Below, one piece after another: positions 55,291-64,000 of a stretch of DNA of 64,000 nucleotides; within the stretch, counting starts at the first letter, position 1, and every line of letters begins with the position of its first letter. Source of the stretch: Bacteroidales bacterium (GTDB lineage Bacteria; Bacteroidota; Bacteroidia; Bacteroidales; UBA12077); contig JAHOYT010000022.1 of assembly GCA_019038645.1 (NCBI GenBank), positions 998 through 64,997 of the forward strand. The letters run 5' to 3'. The notes under the pieces are model-generated. The model was not told the origin of the DNA, did not search any database, and saw nothing but the letters and a program-made list of their open reading frames with translations. The position numbers and the translations under genes are program-made.

Positions 55291-58050
55291 ATGCTAAAGA
55301 AAGTTTTAATTGGAATTGTAATACTAATATTGCCTGTTTCCGTATACGTGGGATACAAATATATTAAAAAACAACAATTGCCCGATTTTAATATTTATAA
55401 AGCTGTTCCCTTAGATGCTTGTTTTATTATTGAAAGTTATGATTTTATTGATAAAATATCTGATATAAGAGCAGAAAATAAAATATGGGAAGAACTTATT
55501 CTGTTTCCATCAGTAAAAAACTTCGATTCCGATCTGGAATACTTAAACAAACTTTCTGACCAAAATCAAATCATAAAAGAATTAACTGACAACAACCAAT
55601 TAGTAATTTCGGCACACAAATTAGGTAAAGCCGATTTGGGATTTATATTTTTAATTCGATTACAAAATTTTCGTGATAAAAAATCTCTGCTACAGTCTAT
55701 AACAAGTTTAATTAGTACAGACAAAATAATTAAAACCCGTGATTACAATAACGCCAGAATATATATTGTAAAAACAGAAGATAAGGAACTTAACTTTTCG
55801 TTTAGCAATGGGATTTTAATGTTTAGTTCTTCTTCTATTTTAGTTGAAAATGCAATACGACAATCCGAAGCAAAAGAATCAATTTTAAACGACCGGACAT
55901 TTTTAAAAGTGCAAAAAACTTCCGGCAAAAATGTTGATGCCAATATATATTTGAATCTTTCAAATTTCAACAATATTATTTCAAAAACCTTAAATAAACA
56001 GCAAAGCTCTGTTATTTCAAAGATGGCCAATTTAGGTAACTGGACGGAACTTGATGTTAATTTAAAAAAAGATGCTGTTTTGTTAAACGGATTTACTTTC
56101 AGTAACGATTCGCTTAATAATTATCTGAATATATTTCTTGGGCAAGAAGCTGTTGATCATAAAATGAATAGCATTCTTCCTTCCAATACTTCATTATTTG
56201 TATCATTCGGAATAAGTAATACAGATCAATATTTAAAATCATATAAATCATATCTTGAGAAACAAGGAAAAATTAATCAGTATCAGTTATTTATCGATCA
56301 ATACAAAAACAAATACGCAATTGATCTGGAATCATTTTTAAAAACGCAGTTAGATGAAGAAATTGGTGTTGTTTTAACTGATATTCCTGGCGGTAATGTT
56401 AACGAAAACATGTTTGTCGTTATGCGTACCAAAAGTAAAAGTATCGCTGAAAATAACATTGAAGATATTATCACAAAAATTGCAGCCATTAATAACAATA
56501 AAAAATCAAATTATATTAGCGAAGTACGAATCGATAAAGAAACTACATATAAAGTTTACTCATTGCCAATTAGCAATTTATACCGAACATTTTTTGGAAA
56601 TATATTTCCGGAATTTAAAAATCAATATTTGACATTTATTGATAATTTTATTATTGTAAGTAGTTCGAAAAACTCGCTTTCAACATTTATTCATTCAAAC
56701 ATTCTGCAAAAAACACTGGAAAACGACATGAAATTCGAACGTTTCTCTGATTATTTATCATCGAAATCGAATTTCTACTTTTATACTAATATGTACCGTT
56801 CACCTACATATATTTCAGAATTATTAAATCCAAATCTTAAAAAAGGATTAAACACTCATATTGAAAGCTTCAGAAAATTTCAGGCTTTTGCGGTACAATT
56901 TCAGCAAAACAACAGTATGATTTACAATAACTTATATCTGCAATATATTCCTGAAATAAAAGAAGAAGCTGTTACTGTCTGGGAAAGTCATTTAGATACA
57001 ACTACAAACTTTAAACCTGTTTTAGTTACAAATCATTATACTAAAGAAAATGAAATTTTTATTCAGGACCTGAATAACAAAATATATCTGATAAACAAAG
57101 TAGGCAGAATTTTATGGAAATTTCAGCTTAGCGAAAAAATTAACAGTGAAGTTTATCAGGTTGATTTTTTTAAAAACGGGAAGCTTCAGTTGTTATTTAG
57201 TACCGAAAATAAAATTCATTTAATAGACCGAAACGGAAACTATGTTGAACGTTATCCTGTTAAATTACGTTCACCTTCGACTGCCGGAATAGCATTATTT
57301 GATTACGATAAAAACATGGATTACAGAATAATTATCCCGTGCAAAAATAAAAATGTGTACCTATATAACATTGAAGGCAACCTTATAAACGGATGGAAAT
57401 TTGGACAGACAGATACACAAGTTAATAAACCTGTTCAGCATTTCAGGATAAATTCAAATGATTATATTGTATTTGCCGATCAGTTCAGAATTTATATTCT
57501 GAATCGCCGGGGCGAAGAGAGGATTAATGTTAAAACACAATTTTCAAAATCTGTAAATAATTCGTTTATTCCTGAATCCGGAAATAACATAAATTCCGGC
57601 TTTGTGACAACCGACGTTTCAGGTTTAATCAAAAAAATAAATTTGGACGGAACGGTTGAAACAAAACAAGTCGGTGAGTTTTCTGCTAATCATTTTTTCG
57701 ATTATCAGGATATTAATGCCGATGGATTTAAAGACTATATCTTTTTAAATAAAAATAAACTGGCAGTGTATAAAAGAGATGGTTCCGGTATTTTTAATTA
57801 CAAATTCGACAAAAACATTGAATCTTCTCCGGTTTATTACTATTTTTCCTACGATGACAGAAAAATTGGAGTAGTTTCGAAAACAACTAATGAAATATTT
57901 TTGTTTAACAGTGACGGAAGTTTGTATAACGGCTTTCCTCTTAAGGGAAGTACTCAGTTTTCTATAGGTTATCTTGAAAATGTAATGAACAAGTTTAACT
58001 TAATAGTTGGTACACAATATAACTTTTTGTATAATTATTCCGTAAATTAG
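55291..58050 (+). CDS. Membrane-anchored hypothetical protein (DUF3352-like N-terminal region, C-terminal beta-propeller-like repeats)
   Basis: 919 aa with a single N-terminal TM anchor (VLIGIVILILPVSVYVGY). The C-terminal ~350 aa contains six or more repeats of the type N(K/E)I(Y/H/F)L(I/F)N..G....G(W/F/Y)P, resembling PQQ/FG-GAP-like propeller blades. Confidence 0.45.
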   Translation: MLKKVLIGIVILILPVSVYVGYKYIKKQQLPDFNIYKAVPLDACFIIESYDFIDKISDIRAENKIWEELILFPSVKNFDSDLEYLNKLSDQNQIIKELTDNNQLVISAHKLGKADLGFIFLIRLQNFRDKKSLLQSITSLISTDKIIKTRDYNNARIYIVKTEDKELNFSFSNGILMFSSSSILVENAIRQSEAKESILNDRTFLKVQKTSGKNVDANIYLNLSNFNNIISKTLNKQQSSVISKMANLGNWTELDVNLKKDAVLLNGFTFSNDSLNNYLNIFLGQEAVDHKMNSILPSNTSLFVSFGISNTDQYLKSYKSYLEKQGKINQYQLFIDQYKNKYAIDLESFLKTQLDEEIGVVLTDIPGGNVNENMFVVMRTKSKSIAENNIEDIITKIAAINNNKKSNYISEVRIDKETTYKVYSLPISNLYRTFFGNIFPEFKNQYLTFIDNFIIVSSSKNSLSTFIHSNILQKTLENDMKFERFSDYLSSKSNFYFYTNMYRSPTYISELLNPNLKKGLNTHIESFRKFQAFAVQFQQNNSMIYNNLYLQYIPEIKEEAVTVWESHLDTTTNFKPVLVTNHYTKENEIFIQDLNNKIYLINKVGRILWKFQLSEKINSEVYQVDFFKNGKLQLLFSTENKIHLIDRNGNYVERYPVKLRSPSTAGIALFDYDKNMDYRIIIPCKNKNVYLYNIEGNLINGWKFGQTDTQVNKPVQHFRINSNDYIVFADQFRIYILNRRGEERINVKTQFSKSVNNSFIPESGNNINSGFVTTDVSGLIKKINLDGTVETKQVGEFSANHFFDYQDINADGFKDYIFLNKNKLAVYKRDGSGIFNYKFDKNIESSPVYYYFSYDDRKIGVVSKTTNEIFLFNSDGSLYNGFPLKGSTQFSIGYLENVMNKFNLIVGTQYNFLYNYSVN

Positions 58051-58074
58051 ATTGCGTATTAAAATTTCATCGAT

Positions 58075-59733
58075 ATGAACAAATTAAAACTTTCCCAAAT
58101 AATAAAAACCATTCTACCGGTTTTCTTTGTATTTATTTTCTGGCAGTGTATGCATGATGAATTTGATTTTAATAAACTTAGTACAGAGGCAGAAATTAAT
58201 TCAGGTTTATTAATGCCACTTGCTTATGGTTCACTTTCCTTTGATGATATTATTAGCAGTTTTGATAATTCCGGGTTTCTGGAGGAGGATGCCGACGGTT
58301 TATTATATCTTACTTATGCAGACTCATTAATTTCTTTTATTGCTGAAGATTTACTTGAAATTCCGGAGCAAGACTTTTTTCAGTTTTTTATCCAGACCGA
58401 TTTTGCTTTTCCTCCTGGCTGGGACACTGTAATGGTTAACAAAAAACAGAATTTTCCTTTTAGCTTTGCAAATAATGAGAAACTTGACAGTATGATTCTC
58501 GAAACCGGAAATCTTATCTTTGATATAAGCTCTGAATTTCAACATACAGGCCAAATTGTAATGACATTTCCTAATATCACATTAAACGGAACACCATTAG
58601 TAAAAACCGTTGATGTTGACGATCCAAGCGGTAATTTTTCAGCAAGCGTAAATGAACCTATTGATGGTTATACAATTCATCTTAATGATTCATCTGGTGT
58701 AGACTCTATGTTTTTACCCGTTGAATTTCACGTTGAGCTATATTATGAATCAGGAAATCCGGATCCTGCTCCAACCGATAGTATAAAGGTTGTTGCTAAA
58801 ATTTCTGCACTAGAATTTGAATCCATTTTTGGTTATATCGGCGATTATGAGATGTTAAGTGAAGCCGGTGAAATGGATCTTGGGTTTTTTGACAGTCCCG
58901 TGGATGGATATATTGAATTTGAAGAACCTATTATTAATCTGAATATTCAGAATTCATACGGTGTTCCGGCAGCAATGACGCTTAAACAATTTAAAGGTTT
59001 TAACAATAACGGAGATTCCATTGCACTCACTTTTGGTTCAGAAGATACCCTTGCATTTGAATATGCTTTTCCACGATTAAGTGATTACTTTAATTCAGAT
59101 ATTTTAAAGGACACTACAATTTCAATAAACAATGGGAATTCTAATCTGCCGGAATTTTTGGCTTTTATGCCATCGGTAATGGAGTACAATATGTCTGCCA
59201 AGTCAAATCCTGACGGAAATGTGGAATATAACTTTGTAACAAACGAAAGCGAAATTAATGTGGGATTTGAGTTTATTTTACCCTTATACTTTAAAGCAGA
59301 CAGTTTTGCATTAATGGACACAATTGATTTTAACCTTTTTGAAGATGCTGATTTTGTTGAAAAAATAACAATTAAGCTGGATGTTTCTAATGGTTTGCCT
59401 CTCGATATTGATTTTCAGATTATTTTCACAGACTCATTGTACAATCCTATTGATTCCTTGTTTGAAGCAAATTTTCAGCCCGTTATTGAATCTGCAAGCT
59501 TAAATGATGATGATAGTGTTAAAGATCCGGGTATTAAGACATCACTTATTGAGTTTACAGGAACAGATATTGAAAACCTTGAATCTGTTAAATTCGGATT
59601 GCTTAGAGCAGGATTAAAAACTCCTGACGATGATGATGGAAATCTAATTCCTGTTAAATTCTATTCAAACTATGCAGTTGATTTTAGCATAAGTGTTGGC
59701 ATTGAGGTGAAGGCAAATACTAATGACTTTTAA
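58075..59733 (+). CDS. Acidic hypothetical envelope protein (possible lipoprotein)
   Basis: 552 aa. The hydrophobic N-terminus ends ...FIFWQCMHDEFD, a possible lipobox followed by acidic residues. There is a 24-nt gap to the upstream gene and an 11-nt gap to the downstream gene. Confidence 0.4.
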   Translation: MNKLKLSQIIKTILPVFFVFIFWQCMHDEFDFNKLSTEAEINSGLLMPLAYGSLSFDDIISSFDNSGFLEEDADGLLYLTYADSLISFIAEDLLEIPEQDFFQFFIQTDFAFPPGWDTVMVNKKQNFPFSFANNEKLDSMILETGNLIFDISSEFQHTGQIVMTFPNITLNGTPLVKTVDVDDPSGNFSASVNEPIDGYTIHLNDSSGVDSMFLPVEFHVELYYESGNPDPAPTDSIKVVAKISALEFESIFGYIGDYEMLSEAGEMDLGFFDSPVDGYIEFEEPIINLNIQNSYGVPAAMTLKQFKGFNNNGDSIALTFGSEDTLAFEYAFPRLSDYFNSDILKDTTISINNGNSNLPEFLAFMPSVMEYNMSAKSNPDGNVEYNFVTNESEINVGFEFILPLYFKADSFALMDTIDFNLFEDADFVEKITIKLDVSNGLPLDIDFQIIFTDSLYNPIDSLFEANFQPVIESASLNDDDSVKDPGIKTSLIEFTGTDIENLESVKFGLLRAGLKTPDDDDGNLIPVKFYSNYAVDFSISVGIEVKANTNDF

Positions 59734-59744
59734 ATTTTTGACTC

Positions 59745-61214
59745 ATGACCCTAAATCAAATTAAAAAGATCTTTTTTACTGTAACCTGTTTTGTTATTAT
59801 TTTAGGTTCTGTAAATGCACAGGATAGTCAGACTTTATACTATATGAACAGAGTTCCTCAAGCAACAATGATGAATCCTGCAATGCAGCCAGCCTGTAAT
59901 TTTTTTCTTGGTTTGCCTGTAGTTTCATCTTTGCAGCTTGATGTTGGAAATAACAGATTGGCCTTAACTGATATAATTATGAAGCATCCAACACAGGATT
60001 CCTTAATTACATTTTTACATCCCGATGCAACAGTTAATACAATTGACTTTCTTAATAAACTTGGCGAAAACAATTTCTTCTATGAAGATTTTAGAACTGA
60101 TCTTCTTTCCTTTGGATTTAGATTAGATAGCTGGTACTTTTCTTTTAACTTGTCGGAAAGACTTTCCTCCTCTATAAATTATCCAAAAGATTTAATGGAA
60201 TTAGCGCTCGAAGGAAATAGTCAGTTTATTAATACAAATGCTGATTTAAGTTACCTGGGTATAAATTCGTCTTTTTACCGCGAATATGGATTAGGAATTT
60301 CAAAAGAAATTAACCAGAATTTATCCGTGGGAATAAGAGTAAAAGTATTATTCGGACATGCAAATATTACTTCTGATTATAATGAAAACAGTTTTACCAT
60401 GTATTCCAGCAGAGATTCCATTTATTTAAATGCTGATGCTGTTATCAATACTTCATCTCCGTTAATTGCAACAACAAACGCCGACGGAGATTTTGAAAGT
60501 TTTGAATTACCCGGATATATAGAAAATGCTGATACAGATTCCTTAATCGATCTTGCTCTTGCTCACACCAACACAGGATTTGGTGTTGATTTTGGTGTTT
60601 ATTACAAACCAATAGATAAGCTTTCATTATCACTAAGTGTTATTGACCTGGGTTATATAAAATGGAATGCGGAAGATGTTACAAATCTTGAACTTAAAGG
60701 TAGTTACTCTTTTACAGGGGTTGATGTAAGTAGTGAAATTGGTGGTACTGATACAGTGGCAGATCCTTTTGATGATATGATAGATTCCCTGACAAACTGC
60801 TTTACAATTTCAAATAACTCCGACTCCTATACAACCGGACTTGGAGCAAAAATTTATATTGGAGGTAACTATGCTGTTTCCAAAAAATTTGATGTTGGCT
60901 TTTTATCACGCACATATTTCTATAACAGCAATCTAAATCAGGCATTTACTTTTTCCGCTAATGTCAGACCAATTAATGGTTTATCGGCTAGTCTGAGCTA
61001 TTCAATAATGAACGGAACCTATAACAATATTGGTTTTGGATTGGTTTTAGGCGGTGCTCCATTACAGCTTTATGTTGTTACAGACAATGCTTCAGCAGCG
61101 CTTTGGGGGCATGAAACATCGTCCTTTAATTTTAGATTTGGACTTAATGTTGCATTTGGTTGCAGACAAAAAACTAAAACAAAAGATACTCCTATGCTAA
61201 AATCTGTTTTTTGA
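59745..61214 (+). CDS. Outer-membrane beta-barrel protein, PorP/SprF-like or DUF5723-like
   Basis: 489 aa. After the signal peptide (GSVNAQD) comes YYMNRVPQATMMNPAMQP, which resembles the N-terminal (Y/F)..N....NPA motif of the PorP/SprF family. Amphipathic beta-strands run throughout and the protein ends in a terminal Phe. Confidence 0.45.
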   Translation: MTLNQIKKIFFTVTCFVIILGSVNAQDSQTLYYMNRVPQATMMNPAMQPACNFFLGLPVVSSLQLDVGNNRLALTDIIMKHPTQDSLITFLHPDATVNTIDFLNKLGENNFFYEDFRTDLLSFGFRLDSWYFSFNLSERLSSSINYPKDLMELALEGNSQFINTNADLSYLGINSSFYREYGLGISKEINQNLSVGIRVKVLFGHANITSDYNENSFTMYSSRDSIYLNADAVINTSSPLIATTNADGDFESFELPGYIENADTDSLIDLALAHTNTGFGVDFGVYYKPIDKLSLSLSVIDLGYIKWNAEDVTNLELKGSYSFTGVDVSSEIGGTDTVADPFDDMIDSLTNCFTISNNSDSYTTGLGAKIYIGGNYAVSKKFDVGFLSRTYFYNSNLNQAFTFSANVRPINGLSASLSYSIMNGTYNNIGFGLVLGGAPLQLYVVTDNASAALWGHETSSFNFRFGLNVAFGCRQKTKTKDTPMLKSVF

Positions 61215-61380
61215 TATTACCCTGAATATATTAAATAGACTGAATACAAAGCTTTACCGTGCATACAATCTCTTTTTTTCGACTTTAATAATACCAGAGT
61301 CTAAAAATCGCACATATACATACAAATTATTTAAATTTATAAATACTTATATACTAACCTATTAATTGAGTATTAGAGCC

Positions 61381-61415
61381 TTTGGTCGAAATTAATTTAA
61401 ATTTTGGTCGAATTT
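61381..61415 (+). repeat. Direct repeat TTTGGTCGAA(A/T)TT x2 with 22-bp period, upstream of the FadL-like gene
   Basis: The copies lie at 61381-61393 and 61403-61415. They are followed immediately by T8-C-T9 (61413-61430). Confidence 0.8.
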
Positions 61416-61473
61416 TTTTTCTTTTTTTTTAACAGAAAAATTATCTTAGTCCGGTAATCAAAATTAAAAAATT

Positions 61474-63192
61474 ATGAAAAGACTATCTTTACTTTTAGCA
61501 GGAATATTAAGCCTGCCACTTTTCTCTTACTCAGGCGGTATTGTAACAAACCAGAATCAAAGTGCTGCCTACATACGTATGTTTGCCCGCGATGCCTCAA
61601 CAGACATTGATGCGGTATTTTTTAATCCTGCTGGTTTAACAAAACTTGACGATGGATTTTATTTATCATTGAACAATCAGTACATTTCTCAGAACAAGTC
61701 CGTTATTTCGGATTATCAGCTTCTGGATGGAGCACCTGTTGAATATCTGGGTGAAGTTAAAGCTCCGTTATTCCCTGGTATCTATGCTGCTTATAAAAAA
61801 GGTAAAATTGCAGTATCTTTAGGTATTAACCCAGTAGGTGGTGGAGGTAGCGCTATTTTCGATACCGGATTACCTTCATTTGAAATGCCTATTTCTGAAT
61901 TAGTTCCGGGCCTTGCCGGATTAGCACCTGTTGGTGCAGCTGCAGGCGTTGATCTTGGTGTAACAGGATATGGTTTAAATGCTTATTTAGATGGAAGCTC
62001 TGTTTTCTGGGGATTCCAGGCTGGTGTTTCTTATGAAATAAACGATATGTTCTCAGTATATTTAGGAGGTAGATTTGTTTATGCAAAAAATACTTATACC
62101 GGATATTTAAAAGATATTACAGTAGAAAATGAAGGTGTTATGATGCCTGCTACTGATTTTATTAATCTAAAAGCAATTCCTACAATTGACGGAACTGTTA
62201 CTAACCTTAATGGTATAATTGCAATTCCGGACAATGTATCACCAATTATTTCTGGTGGCGGCGGAGGCTTAACCCTTGATCAGGCAGAAGCATTCGGTTA
62301 TTTAGATGCCGCAAGTAAAGCTGGTATAATTGCAGGTTTAGGTGCTATTGGAATTACAGATGCTTCTACAATTACAATTCAACAAACAAGTGATGCTATT
62401 ACTGGAGCCACACCAACATTACAAGGTAATATAACTGCACTTGAAACAAACAAAGCTGTACTGGAAGCTACTGCTGCTTTGGTTGCAGATCAGGATGCTG
62501 ATATTGTTCAGACCGGAACAGGTATTACTCCGATTATCGGTGTAAACATTAGCCCAAATGATAAGTTAAACATTGGTTTAAAATATGAATTTCAAACTAC
62601 ATTAGAACTTGAAAATAGTGTTGATCCGGGAATGGGATTTTTAACAGGTTTTGATGAAACTACCGGAGATCCAGTGTATCTATATACTGATGGAGAAACA
62701 TTCAGAAACGATATGCCCGCAATGTTTTCTGTTGGTTTCGATTATAAAATCACAGATAAATTTATAGTTGCCAGTGGATTCCATTATTATTTTGATAAAA
62801 ATGCTAATTATGGTAGAAAACTTAACGGAATATATGTTGAGAACAGCGATGTAATAGACAGAAATGCTACTGAATTTGCATTAGGATTACAATACAATGT
62901 TTCTGAAAAAATGCTGCTTAGTATAGGTTATTTGATGACACAAACTGGTGTTTCAGAAGCTTATCAAACTGATTTAAGTTACAGTAATCATTCTAATACT
63001 ATTGGTTTTGGTGGAGCATATTCTGTTTCTTCAATGATTGATCTGAACTTAGGATTTGGATATACTATGTATCAGGAAGCAAGAAATATATATAGTGTTA
63101 ATGGTCTTACAACAACTGAAACTTATGATAAAGACAATATCTTTATTGCTTTAGGTCTTGACTTTAAATTAGGTGGTAAAAAATTTGATTAA
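61474..63192 (+). CDS. FadL/OmpP1/TodX-family outer-membrane transport beta-barrel with a large inserted loop
   Basis: 572 aa. The N-terminal pattern after the signal peptide (NQSAAYIRMFARDASTDIDAVFFNPAGL) is typical of the FadL family. A ~140-aa Gly/Ala/Thr-rich insertion lies at about residues 212-349. Confidence 0.6.
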   Translation: MKRLSLLLAGILSLPLFSYSGGIVTNQNQSAAYIRMFARDASTDIDAVFFNPAGLTKLDDGFYLSLNNQYISQNKSVISDYQLLDGAPVEYLGEVKAPLFPGIYAAYKKGKIAVSLGINPVGGGGSAIFDTGLPSFEMPISELVPGLAGLAPVGAAAGVDLGVTGYGLNAYLDGSSVFWGFQAGVSYEINDMFSVYLGGRFVYAKNTYTGYLKDITVENEGVMMPATDFINLKAIPTIDGTVTNLNGIIAIPDNVSPIISGGGGGLTLDQAEAFGYLDAASKAGIIAGLGAIGITDASTITIQQTSDAITGATPTLQGNITALETNKAVLEATAALVADQDADIVQTGTGITPIIGVNISPNDKLNIGLKYEFQTTLELENSVDPGMGFLTGFDETTGDPVYLYTDGETFRNDMPAMFSVGFDYKITDKFIVASGFHYYFDKNANYGRKLNGIYVENSDVIDRNATEFALGLQYNVSEKMLLSIGYLMTQTGVSEAYQTDLSYSNHSNTIGFGGAYSVSSMIDLNLGFGYTMYQEARNIYSVNGLTTTETYDKDNIFIALGLDFKLGGKKFD

Positions 63193-63214
63193 TTAAAAAT
63201 AATTTGATATTTAC

Positions 63215-63248
63215 ATGCCCTTCGGGTTTCCTGAAGGGCATTTTTTTT
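63215..63248 (+). terminator. Intrinsic terminator after the FadL-like gene
   Basis: 9-bp stem ATGCCCTTC / GAAGGGCAT, 9-nt loop, followed by a T8 run. Confidence 0.75.
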
Positions 63249-63255
63249 AAAAATC

Positions 63256-63957
63256 ATGAAAAACAGAATCCTTATCTTTTTCCTGTTTATATTATTTTCT
63301 ACAATTACTTATTCTCAGGTATTTGAAAACCCTATTGCCGCTAAACAAAGTCACCCGAAACTTGAAATAAACCGAATTGAAATTACTGATAGTTCGACTA
63401 TTATTTCATTAAAAGTAACAAATAAACGCAATCAGGGAGGATGGTTTTGCGCCGATGAAAGTATCCATATCAAAAATTCTATCGGAACGGAAGTTTATGA
63501 ATTAGTAAAATCAGAAAATATTCCCACATGTCCTGATCAACATGAATTTGCCTATACCGGCGAAGTACTTGAATTTAACCTCTATTTCGAAAAAATATCG
63601 GATACAATTAAATTTATTGATCTCATTGAAAATTGCGATAATGCTTGCTTCTCATTCCATCGAATAATCCTTAACAATGAGCATAATGAAAAAATAAGAG
63701 CTTTTGAAAATGGGTTTGACTTATATCAAAAAAATGAATTCGAAAAATCAACTCCGTATTTTGAAAAAGTATTAGATGGAAATGTAATTATTCAATCTCA
63801 AATCAATGGTCTTGCTTATTATTATCTGATTCTCATATATAAAAATATTGGCGATACAGAAAAGGTTAATATCTGGTATAAAAAACTACTAAATTCCGAT
63901 ATTCAGGATAAAGAAACTTTTATTAAAGAATTAGAAGGTAAGATTGATATTCAATAA
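63256..63957 (+). CDS. Secreted hypothetical protein with C-terminal TPR-like helical region
   Basis: 233 aa with a signal peptide (FFLFILFSTITYSQ). The C-terminal helical repeats (AFENGFDLYQKNEFEKSTPYFEKVL ... YYYLILIYKNIGDTEKV) look TPR-like. Confidence 0.4.
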   Translation: MKNRILIFFLFILFSTITYSQVFENPIAAKQSHPKLEINRIEITDSSTIISLKVTNKRNQGGWFCADESIHIKNSIGTEVYELVKSENIPTCPDQHEFAYTGEVLEFNLYFEKISDTIKFIDLIENCDNACFSFHRIILNNEHNEKIRAFENGFDLYQKNEFEKSTPYFEKVLDGNVIIQSQINGLAYYYLILIYKNIGDTEKVNIWYKKLLNSDIQDKETFIKELEGKIDIQ

Positions 63958-63960
63958 AAG

Positions 63961-64000
63961 AGACTATCTCAAAAGTCCTTTTTGTCATCTCCAACTTGAT
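63961..64000 (+). repeat. REP-like element, copy D (truncated by the window end)
   Basis: The outer-module-like ATCTCAAAAGTC (63966-77) is followed by TTTGTCATCTCC, which contains the TTGTCAT core (63982-88). It begins right after the stop of the upstream + strand gene. Confidence 0.35.

Noticed and set aside
1-64000. A window-wide search for mobile elements, defence systems, toxin-antitoxin pairs, CRISPR arrays and tRNA, rRNA, tmRNA or RNase P genes.
   Set aside because: No ORF shows integrase, transposase, recombinase, reverse transcriptase, Cas, restriction-modification or toxin motifs. No spacer is long or GC-rich enough for a structured RNA gene apart from the palindromic repeats. Composition looks uniform by eye, so there is no evidence of an island.

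Overview
This is a 64-kb, AT-rich (about one-third G+C by eye) chromosomal segment from a Bacteroidota bacterium. The phylum call rests on gliding/T9SS genes (gldH, sprE/porW-like, porX-like), an S46 dipeptidyl peptidase, CarboxypepD_reg-type TonB-dependent receptors, exact TAnnTTTG -7 boxes and a near-total absence of Shine-Dalgarno sequences. I call 44 protein-coding genes, mostly housekeeping and cell-envelope functions: wza/wzc-like export, waaA, Fe-S carriers, trmB, holB, rnhA/rnhB, rlmN, trpS, zupT and a Na/Pi cotransporter. I found no rRNA, tRNA, CRISPR array, integrase, transposase or phage gene, so most of the window is ordinary core genome. All identifications come from motif recognition by eye, with no database search. 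Percent identities are rough estimates and non-ATG starts are uncertain.

The most unusual locus is 26.7-32.1 kb.
- One ORF encodes two complete phosphoglycerate kinases fused head to tail (794 aa).
- A third, highly divergent PGK-fold paralog follows. Its 3-PG-binding motif is altered and it carries the only canonical AGGAGG ribosome-binding site in the window.
- A phosphohexomutase comes next, and the cluster converges on a flippase / FkbM methyltransferase / glycosyltransferase block.

Other points worth a second look:
- A tightly packed three-gene envelope operon of unknown function at 55.3-61.2 kb.
- A family of nested-palindrome REP/MITE-like intergenic elements (four copies).
- An orphan intrinsic terminator suggesting a small RNA or leader at about 11.1 kb.
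- A 16-nt perfect palindrome that forms back-to-back divergent -7 promoter boxes upstream of trpS.
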